Positions 7,467-15,912 of a stretch of DNA of 19,498 bases are shown here, one piece after another. The notes beneath the pieces are model-generated. The model was not told the origin of the DNA. It searched no databases and saw only the letters and a list, made by a program, of their open reading frames with translations. A program made the position numbers and the translations under genes. Origin of the DNA: Candidatus Fermentibacteraceae bacterium (GTDB lineage: Bacteria > Fermentibacterota > Fermentibacteria > Fermentibacterales > JCC-6); assembly GCA_041686025.1 (NCBI GenBank), contig JAWLEP010000045.1:1-19498 (forward strand), written 5' to 3'. The first letter of the stretch is position 1. Every line of letters starts with the position of its first letter.

Positions 7467-8537
7467 ATGGCAGAGGCCCTTTCCCGCGCGGACGGTGATC
7501 CATTGAAACCAGCGGTTACGGTGATAGTTCCGGCCTACAACTCCTCGGGCACCCTGGAGGCGTGCCTCTCCTCCATACGGGACCAGATCACCGAAGACGA
7601 CAGGCTCGTGGTGGTGGACGACGGCTCCACCGACGCCACCGCAGGCCAGGCCGAGTCGCTGGGGGCCGAGGTCATCCCCACCGGCGGCAGGAAAGGCCCC
7701 GCCGCCGCCCGCAACCTGGGAGCAGAAGCAGCGGACACCCCGGTGCTGCTGTTCCTGGACTCCGACGTAACCGTGCCCGGGGGCCTTCTGGAGGAGGTCC
7801 GGGGGGAGTTCGCCGGAGACGGAGACGTGCAGGCGGTGCAAACCCTCTACACTCCGGTCTGCCCGGCGGAGGACCCTGTATCCCGCTACCAGAACCTCTA
7901 CTACCACTTCTCCCTGGCCCGTATCGACCCGGAGGACTCCGCCGTCACCGCCACCTGGTGCACGGCCATCGGCCGCGACGTATTCGAAGAGCTGGGCGGC
8001 TTCGACGACAGGATTCCCGAGCCCACCGTGGAGGACGAGGAGCTGGGGTACGCCATCGCCGACCGGGGAGGACGGATCGTCCTGCGGAAGGACCTTCAGG
8101 TCACCCACCTGGCCAGCTACACCACCGGCGACTTCGTTCGAAGAAGGCTGCGCATGGCCCGTGCCCAGGCCAAGAGCGGCTGGAGGTCTGTAAGCGACCG
8201 GCTTCTTAAGCGCTACGTCAACATCCGGGAGACCGGCACCCACCACAGCCGCCGCGTAGTGCTCAGCATACTGCTGACGCTGGCCGCCGCCCTGCTGCTT
8301 CCGGGAAGCCTGCTGGCCCTGCTGCTGGGAGGCCCCTGGCTGCCTCTCCTGGCCTGCTCGCTCCTGCTCCTCGCAGCGGCCCTTGCCTGTCACCTCTTCT
8401 TCTTCGCAATGGCCCGCAGGCTGATGGGCGCCAGGGTCCTTCCCTCCTTCGCCGGCCTCTGCCTCTTGGACATGCTGGTCCTTGGCGTGGGGGTGGCCCA
8501 CGGAACCGTGCAGTTCCTGGCGGGACGCCGCTTCTGA
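7467..8537 (+). CDS. Glycosyltransferase family 2 (GT-A fold) with C-terminal membrane helices, GT2 #1
   Basis: VTVIVPAYN, VVDDGSTD, GPAAARNLG, LFLDSD, GGFDDRI..VEDEELG; hydrophobic C-terminus. Start uncertain (ATG 7467 or TTG 7503). Confidence 0.93.
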   Translation: MAEALSRADGDPLKPAVTVIVPAYNSSGTLEACLSSIRDQITEDDRLVVVDDGSTDATAGQAESLGAEVIPTGGRKGPAAARNLGAEAADTPVLLFLDSDVTVPGGLLEEVRGEFAGDGDVQAVQTLYTPVCPAEDPVSRYQNLYYHFSLARIDPEDSAVTATWCTAIGRDVFEELGGFDDRIPEPTVEDEELGYAIADRGGRIVLRKDLQVTHLASYTTGDFVRRRLRMARAQAKSGWRSVSDRLLKRYVNIRETGTHHSRRVVLSILLTLAAALLLPGSLLALLLGGPWLPLLACSLLLLAAALACHLFFFAMARRLMGARVLPSFAGLCLLDMLVLGVGVAHGTVQFLAGRRF

Positions 8538-8543
8538 CCGCGG

Positions 8544-8623
8544 AAAATAGTTAACTAGTTAACGTCAGGCACTGCTCGACTGCTCGAAGAAAAATAGTTG
8601 ACTAGTTGACGTCTGACCCTGAT
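8544..8623. repeat. Two direct copies (one degenerate, one exact) of the same REP-like repeat, with adjacent short tandem duplications
   Basis: 8592-8623 is identical over 32 bp to 2346-2377; 8544-8569 AAAATAGTTAACTAGTTAACGTCAGG is a variant; ACTGCTCG x2 at 8571-8586 and CTGATCGCA x2 at 8619-8636. Confidence 0.93.
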
Positions 8624-8642
8624 CGCACTGATCGCACTGGTG

Positions 8643-9380
8643 TCAGATGCGGCGGAAGAGGAAGCGCAAGACGGTGCGGAGCACCGAGAGGCCGTAGGGG
8701 ATGGGCCTGAGGCTGGAGTAGCCCTGGCCGTGGATGGTGGGGATGGGGACCTCGGCTATGCCCAGGCCTGCGCGGATTGCGCCCACCAGCATCTCGCTGT
8801 CGAAGTTGAAGGTGTCGGAGTAGCGGCCGTAGGGGATCTCCTCCATGGCCCGGCGGGAGTAGGACTTGTAGCCGCTGTGGTAGGAGGTGAGCTTCTGGCC
8901 GAAGACCATGTTCTCCAGGCCGTTGAGGGCGATGGTTCCCCAGTACCTGGACAGCGACATGCCCCCGTCGCGCATGTCACCGTAGAGGATGCGGCTGCCG
9001 CCCACCACGTGAACATCCTCCCGCTGCAGGGGCCTGAGCATCTCCAGAAGCAGGTCGGGGGGGTACTGGCCGTCGGAGTGGAGCATCACCGCGGCGTCCA
9101 TGCCGTGCTCCAGGGCCCAGTCGAAGGCCGTCTTCTGGGCGGCCCCGTATCCCCTGTTCTCCGGATGGCTCACCAGCTCGATGATGGGGTACTCGTCCGA
9201 GAGGGAGCGGACCAGGTCGGCGGTGCCGTCGGTGGAGCCGTCGTCGATTACCAGCAGCGCGTCCAGCGGCTCCATGCACCCGGAGGGTATGCTCCGGACC
9301 ACGCCCTCCAGCAGCCCCTCGGCGTTGTAGGCGGGCATGTAGCAGAGCGTTCTGTGGGAGCCCATCCGATAACCCTTCAT
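8643..9380 (-). CDS. Glycosyltransferase family 2, polyprenol-phosphate glycosyltransferase (DPM1-like), GT2 #2
   Basis: YMPAYNAE, IDDGSTDGT, HPENRGYGAAQKTAF, MLHSDGQY, VVGGSR, YHSGYKSY, FNFDSEML, EVPIPT. Start at 9380 (AGGAG RBS) or 9365. Confidence 0.93.
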   Translation of the reverse strand: MKGYRMGSHRTLCYMPAYNAEGLLEGVVRSIPSGCMEPLDALLVIDDGSTDGTADLVRSLSDEYPIIELVSHPENRGYGAAQKTAFDWALEHGMDAAVMLHSDGQYPPDLLLEMLRPLQREDVHVVGGSRILYGDMRDGGMSLSRYWGTIALNGLENMVFGQKLTSYHSGYKSYSRRAMEEIPYGRYSDTFNFDSEMLVGAIRAGLGIAEVPIPTIHGQGYSSLRPIPYGLSVLRTVLRFLFRRI

Positions 9381-9462
9381 ACCGTCTCCTGGAGTGGGTA
9401 GTGCCTTTGAAGCAGAATAGATACGGTTTTCGGGCCGTAGCCGCAACCACCCGCCGGCGGCG

Positions 9463-10473
9463 TCAGTACCTCCTGCCCGCCGCGTGCTCTAGGGCGGCGG
9501 TGACGGCCGCGGGCAGATGCACCAGATGCACGGCCAGGGAGACCGCGCAGGCCCTCAGCCCGCGCAGACCGCCCGCGCCGGTCATGGAGGCCCAGAAGGG
9601 CAGCAGCGCCCCGACCATCAGGGCCGAGGCCGCCGCCGGCCACAGGGCCCATCCGGCCCCCAGGGCCAGAAGAAGAAGCGAGAGGACCAGCCCCCACACG
9701 CCCAGGGAGGCCGAGGCCACCGCCAGCATGGAGGAGGGGCCGGCCAGGGAGAGGGAGGCGGGGCCGTGGCCCGCGCCCCGGCGCAGCAGATGGTGGACCT
9801 TGGCCTTCACCATTCCCCACTCGTACCGCAGCAGGTCCCGCAGACCGTACTCGCGCAGGTGGTAGACCTCTATCTCCGGGGCCATGACTATGGTGCCCCC
9901 GGCGCCGGAGAGACGCTCGGCGAAGTCGGCGTCCTCCACGCTGGCCTTCACGATCCTGGCGTCGAAGCCTCCCAGGTCTTCGAAGAGTCCGCGACGCACC
10001 GCCAGGAAGAAGGTGCCGCAGCCGGGCACCGGGCCCTCGCCTATCCGCCGGGTAAATGTGTAGTGGTAGTAGTAGTTCTTGTAGAAGGTGGCGGCTGAGC
10101 TGCCCGGCGCCTCCGGGGCGTACACCGCCTGGACCCCGTCGCAGCCGGCGGCGATCCTGGCGTCCAGCCGCCCCCGCCATCCGGGCCGGGGCACCGCGTC
10201 GCTGTCTGCGAACAGGATCCAGTCGACATGGCAGGCCGCAGCCCCGCTGTTCCGGGCCGCGGAGGCCCCCGGGGCCCGGCTGGGCACCACCTCGGCGTCG
10301 TGGCTGCGGGCTATATCGGCGGATGCGTCCCCGGAGCGGTCGTCGGCCACCACCAGACGGTCACCCTCGCGAAGCTCGGAGGTCAGCGCCTCCAGCACCC
10401 GGGGCAGCGTGGCCTCCCCGTTGTGGACGGGGACCACCACCCCTAGCCGCGGCGGCCGGACAGCTTCTTCCAC
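9463..10473 (-). CDS. Glycosyltransferase family 2 with C-terminal membrane helices, GT2 #3 (paralog of GT2 #1)
   Basis: VVVPVHNG, VADDRSGD, GASAARNSG, LFADSD, GGFDARI..VEDADFA. Only the last ~336 codons of the 801-aa ORF call look real; probable GTG start at 10473 overlapping the upstream gene end. Confidence 0.9.
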   Translation of the reverse strand: MEEAVRPPRLGVVVPVHNGEATLPRVLEALTSELREGDRLVVADDRSGDASADIARSHDAEVVPSRAPGASAARNSGAAACHVDWILFADSDAVPRPGWRGRLDARIAAGCDGVQAVYAPEAPGSSAATFYKNYYYHYTFTRRIGEGPVPGCGTFFLAVRRGLFEDLGGFDARIVKASVEDADFAERLSGAGGTIVMAPEIEVYHLREYGLRDLLRYEWGMVKAKVHHLLRRGAGHGPASLSLAGPSSMLAVASASLGVWGLVLSLLLLALGAGWALWPAAASALMVGALLPFWASMTGAGGLRGLRACAVSLAVHLVHLPAAVTAALEHAAGRRY

Positions 10474-11894
10474 GAGGCGGATACCTGCTCTCCCAGCATC
10501 TGCAGGAGGCTGAGCGCCCCCCGGGCCACTGCCCTGAGCTGGAAGGGCGACATGATGTTCGTGAACCGGTAGGCCAGGAACCGGGGCCGGAGGAAGGTGC
10601 GCAGGTAGGCCCGCCGCCGCAGCTCCATCACCTCGTCGGCGGTCATGGAGAAGGGCACGAAGCAGGGCCTGTCCAGCAGCATGCCCTGGTCGGAGAGCCT
10701 CTCGGACATCCTGCCGAACTTCCCCTTCTGTATGCCTTTGTACATGGGAGTCCCCGGGAAGGGGGTGATGGGGAAGAACTCCATGGTGAACGAGCCCAGC
10801 TCCCGGGCGAACTCGATGGTCTTCAGGCCCTCCTCGTAGGTCTCCCCCGGGATTCCGAAGATGTAGGTGGTGTGGGTCTTTATCCCCACGCTGTGGGTCA
10901 TGCGCACCGCCAGGCGGATGCGCTGCAGCGTCTCGCGCTTGCCCAGGGTGTCCAGGTTCTTCTGCACACCGCTCTCCACCCCGTAGTTGATGCACCAGCA
11001 GCCGGCCTCCTTCATGGCCCGCAGCAGCGGCTTGTTCACCGCATCCGCCCGGCAGGAGACCCACCAGCGGACGTTGAGCCCCCGCCTGAGTATCTCCTCG
11101 CAGATGGCGTAGACGTGGCTGTGGCTGTAGGTGAAGTGCTCGTCCCAGAACTTGATCTCCCGGGCCCCGTAGCGGCGGACGTAGTGCTCCATCTCGTCCA
11201 CCACCTTCACCGGATCGCGGAGCCGCATCTTCGGGCCGTACATCTTGTAGCAGTACAGGCAGCTTCCGGTACAGCCCCGGCTGGCCAGCATCTGAACCGC
11301 CGGGACGGTGGAGACCTGTTCGAAGCTGGGGTAGTAGCGCTCCATCTCGCAGAGGTCCACCGCCGGGAAGGGGAACTCGCTGATGTTCTCCTCCGGGGGC
11401 CTGGGCGGGTTGGTGACGATCTCCCCGCCGCTGCGGTAGACCAGGCCCCTTATGCCCTCGAGGCTCCGGCCTGATTCGACGGCCTCCATCATCTCCCGGG
11501 AGGTCACCTCTCCCTCGCCCACCACTATGGCGTCCAGGGCCGGGCACTCCCGGATCATCCTCCCGGGCATCGCCGAGGCGCCGTGACCGCCGATGAAGGT
11601 GAAGATGTCGGGGTTGTCCTCCCGGACCGACTCTATGAAGGGACGGGCCTTGTCCCACAGCAGGCTGATGACGTAGACGCCCAGGGCCTCGGCGCCGAAA
11701 TCCGCCACCTTGCGCCGCATCTCCTCGTTGGTGTAGAAGAAGCCCTCCAGGAAGGCCACCTCGTGGCCGGCGTCGCGGAGGACGGCGGCGATGTACTGCA
11801 GGCCCGGGGTGGGCCAGCAGCCGGAGATGCCCCTGGTGTCGCGTGCCCTTATGTCGTCGGGCCCCCACGGGGGGACCACGAGTGCTATGCGCAA
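10443..11894 (-). CDS. Cobalamin-binding radical SAM enzyme #3 (close paralog of #2)
   Basis: PGLQYIAAVL, FIGGHGAS, DAIVVGEGE, ASRGCTGSCLYC, FWDEHFT, YGVESG, GIPGET, TPFPGT; TTG start. Confidence 0.95.
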   Translation of the reverse strand: MRIALVVPPWGPDDIRARDTRGISGCWPTPGLQYIAAVLRDAGHEVAFLEGFFYTNEEMRRKVADFGAEALGVYVISLLWDKARPFIESVREDNPDIFTFIGGHGASAMPGRMIRECPALDAIVVGEGEVTSREMMEAVESGRSLEGIRGLVYRSGGEIVTNPPRPPEENISEFPFPAVDLCEMERYYPSFEQVSTVPAVQMLASRGCTGSCLYCYKMYGPKMRLRDPVKVVDEMEHYVRRYGAREIKFWDEHFTYSHSHVYAICEEILRRGLNVRWWVSCRADAVNKPLLRAMKEAGCWCINYGVESGVQKNLDTLGKRETLQRIRLAVRMTHSVGIKTHTTYIFGIPGETYEEGLKTIEFARELGSFTMEFFPITPFPGTPMYKGIQKGKFGRMSERLSDQGMLLDRPCFVPFSMTADEVMELRRRAYLRTFLRPRFLAYRFTNIMSPFQLRAVARGALSLLQMLGEQVSASWKKLSGRRG

Positions 11895-11925
11895 GGATTA
11901 CCCCCTGAACGGGAATGAAGGCCGG

Positions 11926-11957
11926 CAGCGCCCTCCCGGTTCCGGCGGAGGGCGCTG
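11926..11957. terminator. GC-rich hairpin between clpB and the radical SAM gene (possible terminator or mRNA stability element)
   Basis: CAGCGCCCTCC (11926-11936) pairs with GGAGGGCGCTG (11947-11957), 10-nt loop; no clear poly-U tail on either strand. Confidence 0.4.
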
Positions 11958-12015
11958 GCGGTGGTCAGCCCCGAAGATAGGGGCAGCCGAAGAGACCGGT
12001 CAACCTGAAGCTGGT

Positions 12016-14619
12016 CTAGCTCTCATCCTCCAGGCTGCCGGCGGCGCCGAAGACCAGCCCGTCGTCCTCCACGGCCATCTCCACTACGGCGCCGGGCTCT
12101 ATCTCACCCTCCAGGACCAGCCTGGCCAGCCTGTTCTGGACATGCCTCTGTATCACCCGCTTCAGGGGCCTGGCGCCGTATACGGGGTCGTAGCCCACCT
12201 CGGCCAGCCAGTCCAGGGCCCCGTCGGTGGCCCTCACCTCCATGTGCTGGTCGCGCAGCACCCGGTTGAGCCGGTCAAGCTGGATGTCCACTATCTCCCG
12301 TATCTGCTCCCGGGACAGCGGGCCGAAGACGATCACGTCGTCGACGCGGTTGAGGAACTCCGGCCGGAACAGCCCCTCCAGCTCGCGCTTGGCGCGGGCG
12401 GAGAGCTCCTCCTGGGACAGCTTCCCGGCGCTCTCGGCGATCCAGTCGCTGCCCTGGTTGCTGGTCATGATGATCACCGTGTTGCGGAAGTCCACGGTAC
12501 GGCCCTTGCCGTCGGTGAGCCTTCCGTCGTCCAGTATCTGCAGGAAGACGTTGAACACCTGCTGGTGCGCCTTCTCTATCTCGTCGAGGAGCACCACGGA
12601 GTAGGGCCTGCGCCTAACCGCCTCGGTGAGGTAGCCCCCCTGCTCGTGGCCCACGTAGCCGGGAGGGGCTCCTATCAAGCGGGATACGGAGTGCTTCTCC
12701 ATGAACTCGCTCATGTCCAGGCGGACCATGGCGTCCTCGTCGTCGAAGAGGAACTCCGCCAGGCTTCGGGCCAGCTCGGTCTTTCCAACCCCGGTGGGGC
12801 CCATGAAGACGAAGCTGCCCAGGGGCCGGTTGGGGTCCTGCACCCCGGCCCGGGCTCTCCTCACCGCCTCGGAGACGGCGGACACGGCCTCGTCCTGGCC
12901 CACCACCCGGCGGTGGAGGCTCTGCTCCATGTGCAGCAGACGCTCCCGCTCACCCTCCATCATCTTGCTGACGGGTATGCCGGTCCAGCGCGATACCACC
13001 TCGGCTATGTGCTCGGGGGTTATCTCCTCGGTGAGCATGGAGCCGGACTCCTGCAGGGAGGCCAGCCTCTTGCGGAGCTGCTCGGTCTCCTCCTCCAGCC
13101 GGCGAATGCTGCCGTACTGGATCTCCGCCACCTTCTGCAGGTCCCCCTGGCGCTGGGCCACCGCGGCCTCGGACTTCAGGTCCTCGATGCGGCGGGAGTT
13201 CTCGCGGATCTTCTCGATCAGGTCCTTCTCGTTGCGCCAGCGGGTCTCCAGCTGGCTCTTCTCCTCGGAGAGGTCGGCCAGCTGCTGCTCGATGGTCTCC
13301 AGGCGCTGCTTCGAGGAGCGGTCCCTCTCCCGCTTCAGGCCCTCCCGCTCTATCTCCAGCTGCATGATGCGGCGGTGGATCTCGTCGATCTCCGCCGGCA
13401 TGCTGTCTATCTCTATCCTCAGCCGGCTGGCGGCCTCGTCCACCAGGTCGATGGCCTTGTCCGGCAGGAACCTGCCGGTGATGTAGCGGTCGGAGAGGGT
13501 GGCCGCCGCTATCAGGGCCGAGTCCAGCATCTTGATGCCGTGATGGACCTCGTAGCGCTCCCGAAGCCCGCGGAGGATGCTCACCGTGTCCTCCACGCTG
13601 GGAGGGTCCACGGTTACGGGCTGGAAGCGCCTCTCCAGGGCGGCGTCCTTCTCCACGTGCTTGCGGTACTCGTCCAGCGTGGTGGCGCCTATGCAGTGCA
13701 GCTCGCCCCGGGCCAGGGCGGGCTTGAGCATGTTGGAGGCGTCCACGGCGCCCTCGGCGGCGCCGGCCCCCACTACGGTATGCATCTCGTCGATGAACAG
13801 GATCACCTGGCCGGCGGCGTCGGCGATCTCCTTCAGAACCGACTTCAGCCGCTCCTCGAACTCTCCCCGGTACTTGGCGCCGGCCACCAGCGAGCCCATG
13901 TCCAGGCCCATGACCCTGCGGTCCCGCAGCCCCTCCGGGCAGTCGCCCTCGGCGATCCTCCGGGCCAGGCCCTCCACAATGGCCGTCTTGCCCACGCCGG
14001 GCTCGCCAATGAGGACCGGGTTGTTCTTGCGCCTGCGGCCCAGCACCTGCATCACCCGGCGTATCTCCTCGTCGCGGCCGATCACCGGGTCCAGCTTCTC
14101 GCGCCGGGCCAGGCCGGTGAGGTCGCGGGTGTAGCGCTCCAGGGCCTGGTAGTGCTCCTCGGCGGTCTCGGAGTCCACCCGCGCAGAGCCCCGCACGTCG
14201 GCCAGGGCCTCCATGAAGCGGTCGGCATCGACCCCCTGCGCGGCCAGAGCATCCGAGGCCCTTCCCCGGGAGCCCAGTATGGCCAGGAACAGATGCTCCC
14301 GGGCCACGTAGTCGTCCTTCATGTCCGAGGCTATCTTCTCGGCGGCACTCACTACCCTCGCCAGCCCCCGGGACATCCCCGGCTCCGCCCCGCCCTCCGA
14401 CCGGGGCAGGGAGGCCAGCTCGTCGCGCAGGGCCTGCAGGACCTCCGAGGGGCTTAGCTCCAGCCGCTCCAGGACCGCCGCCACCACGCCCCTGGGGTCC
14501 TCCACCAGGGCTGCGGCCAGATGGAGGTCCGTCATCTCCGGATGGCCGGCGGCGCTGCACGCGGTCTGAGCCGCCTGCAGAGCCTCCCGGGATTTCACGG
14601 TAAACCTGTCTGCGTTCAT
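12016..14619 (-). CDS. clpB: ATP-dependent chaperone ClpB
   Basis: Clp N-domain, [13 protein letters not shown], Walker [25 protein letters not shown], long middle coiled coil with [12 protein letters not shown], second Walker [31 protein letters not shown] at 14619 (MNADRFT). Confidence 0.98.
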   Translation of the reverse strand: MNADRFTVKSREALQAAQTACSAAGHPEMTDLHLAAALVEDPRGVVAAVLERLELSPSEVLQALRDELASLPRSEGGAEPGMSRGLARVVSAAEKIASDMKDDYVAREHLFLAILGSRGRASDALAAQGVDADRFMEALADVRGSARVDSETAEEHYQALERYTRDLTGLARREKLDPVIGRDEEIRRVMQVLGRRRKNNPVLIGEPGVGKTAIVEGLARRIAEGDCPEGLRDRRVMGLDMGSLVAGAKYRGEFEERLKSVLKEIADAAGQVILFIDEMHTVVGAGAAEGAVDASNMLKPALARGELHCIGATTLDEYRKHVEKDAALERRFQPVTVDPPSVEDTVSILRGLRERYEVHHGIKMLDSALIAAATLSDRYITGRFLPDKAIDLVDEAASRLRIEIDSMPAEIDEIHRRIMQLEIEREGLKRERDRSSKQRLETIEQQLADLSEEKSQLETRWRNEKDLIEKIRENSRRIEDLKSEAAVAQRQGDLQKVAEIQYGSIRRLEEETEQLRKRLASLQESGSMLTEEITPEHIAEVVSRWTGIPVSKMMEGERERLLHMEQSLHRRVVGQDEAVSAVSEAVRRARAGVQDPNRPLGSFVFMGPTGVGKTELARSLAEFLFDDEDAMVRLDMSEFMEKHSVSRLIGAPPGYVGHEQGGYLTEAVRRRPYSVVLLDEIEKAHQQVFNVFLQILDDGRLTDGKGRTVDFRNTVIIMTSNQGSDWIAESAGKLSQEELSARAKRELEGLFRPEFLNRVDDVIVFGPLSREQIREIVDIQLDRLNRVLRDQHMEVRATDGALDWLAEVGYDPVYGARPLKRVIQRHVQNRLARLVLEGEIEPGAVVEMAVEDDGLVFGAAGSLEDES

Positions 14620-14733
14620 CTGTTCCACCTTCCGCGGGCCGGCAGTCCGCCGGCCCATCTATTTCCAGGAGCACGGAGGCCGGGAAGCGCCCGGTCCAAT
14701 CCGGCTCCGATGACCTTCCGTCTCTTTTGCACT

Positions 14734-14742
14734 ATTCTATCA
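14734..14742 (-). promoter_or_regulatory. Putative extended -10 promoter for clpB
   Basis: Minus strand reads TG-A-TAGAAT about 115 nt upstream of the clpB start; -35 match is poor. Confidence 0.35.
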
Positions 14743-14810
14743 GCAATATTCGCACCAGTCGGCGGGGCCGGCGCAAAGGTACGCACACCAGATAATTGCA
14801 GTTTTAATGG

Positions 14811-14838
14811 TTGATATTACCTAGCGTATTACTATATT
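14811..14838 (+). promoter_or_regulatory. Putative sigma70 promoter for the Gfo/Idh/MocA operon
   Basis: TTGATA (14811-14816), 16-nt spacer, TATATT (14833-14838) within an AT-rich divergent intergenic tract. Confidence 0.5.
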
Positions 14839-14913
14839 GTAACGAGTGGGACTGGAATGACAGCCGATCGCGCCATATTGGCGCACCGATGAGAACATTC
14901 GAACGGAGGAGCG

Positions 14914-15909
14914 ATGGTCAAAGTAGGCATAGTGGGACTGGGGTACTGGGGGCCGAACCTGCTGAGAAACCTGGTGGCCAACCGGCGCTGCGAAGAGGTG
15001 ACCATCTGCGACAGCGACCCTTCCAAGCTGGAGAAGATGGCGGCGCGGTACCCGGCGGCGAAAAGGGAGCCCCGGTACCAGCGGATGCTGGAGGACGACT
15101 CCCTGGACGCCGTGGTGATAGCCACCGACGTCTCATCGCACTACCCCCTGGGCAGGGCGGCCCTGGAGGCCGGGAAGCACGTTTTCATCGAGAAGCCCTT
15201 CGCCTCCAGCACCGAGGAGGCTCAGTCCCTGGTGGACATGGCCGGGGAGAGCGGGCTGGTTACCATGGTGGGACACACGTTCCTCTACTCTCCCCCGGTG
15301 GTGGCCACCAAGCGCATCATCGACAGCGGCGAGCTGGGCGACATCCTGTTCATCACCTCCAGCCGGGTGAACCTGGGGCTGCACCAGAAGGACGTGTCGG
15401 TGATCTGGGACCTCTGTCCCCACGACTTCTCCATGCTGCTGTACTGGCTGGGCGAGGAGCCGATCTGGGTGAGCGCCTTCGGGCACGACTACGTAATAGA
15501 CGGCATTCCCGACGTGGCGTTCGTGGACCTCAGCTTCCCCGGAGGCACCATAGGCAACGTCCAGGTCTCCTGGCTGGCCCCCTCCAAGCTGCGGCGGACC
15601 GTGGTGGTGGGCAGCAGCAAGATGCTGGTGTACGACGACACCGAGCCCTACGAGAAGATCAAGATCTACGACAAGGGCGTGGAGATGATGGAGCCCGAGA
15701 GCTTCGGCGAGTACCAGCTGGCCTACCGCACCGGCGACATAGTCTCGCCCAAGCTGGAGACCTACGAGCCCCTCTCCAGCGAGATGGAGGAGTTCCTGCG
15801 CTGCGTGGAGACCGGCGAGACCCCCCGCACGTCCGGACGCAACGGCCTGGCGGTGGTCCGGGCCCTGGAGATGGCCGACCGCAGCCTGAAGTCCGGGCGG
15901 GAGAGCTAG
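14914..15909 (+). CDS. Gfo/Idh/MocA family NAD(P)-dependent oxidoreductase (nucleotide-sugar 3-dehydrogenase-like)
   Basis: Rossmann GIVGLGYWGPNL, DAVVIAT, GKHVFIEKP, MVGHTFLY, WDLCPHD; GGAGGAG RBS. Confidence 0.93.
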   Translation: MVKVGIVGLGYWGPNLLRNLVANRRCEEVTICDSDPSKLEKMAARYPAAKREPRYQRMLEDDSLDAVVIATDVSSHYPLGRAALEAGKHVFIEKPFASSTEEAQSLVDMAGESGLVTMVGHTFLYSPPVVATKRIIDSGELGDILFITSSRVNLGLHQKDVSVIWDLCPHDFSMLLYWLGEEPIWVSAFGHDYVIDGIPDVAFVDLSFPGGTIGNVQVSWLAPSKLRRTVVVGSSKMLVYDDTEPYEKIKIYDKGVEMMEPESFGEYQLAYRTGDIVSPKLETYEPLSSEMEEFLRCVETGETPRTSGRNGLAVVRALEMADRSLKSGRES

Positions 15910-15912
15910 GGA

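Noticed and set aside
8550..8563. Resemblance of GTTAACTAGTTAAC to the E. coli trp promoter/operator
   Set aside because: Sits between convergent 3' ends, is a variant of the local repeat, and there is no trp or vector context.
8544..8623. Mini CRISPR array (two direct repeats with a spacer)
   Set aside because: Only two units, one degenerate; the short spacer is itself a tandem duplication; the same unit is inverted at 2288-2375; no cas genes in the window.
10474..11868. Apparent 801-aa GT2 fusion protein
   Set aside because: The N-terminal ~465 aa is low-complexity Gly/Arg/Pro sequence in another frame of rSAM#3; the GT2 domain starts near 10473.
4388..11894. RiPP, hopanoid or bacteriochlorophyll (BchE) cluster assignment
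   Set aside because: No precursor peptide, RRE/SPASM domain, squalene-hopene cyclase or bch genes visible; the enzymes can only be called B12-binding radical SAM.
11791..14457. 888-aa plus-strand ORF and 574-aa alternative-frame ORF over clpB
   Set aside because: Antisense and frame shadows of clpB, expected in high-GC DNA; no recognisable domain.
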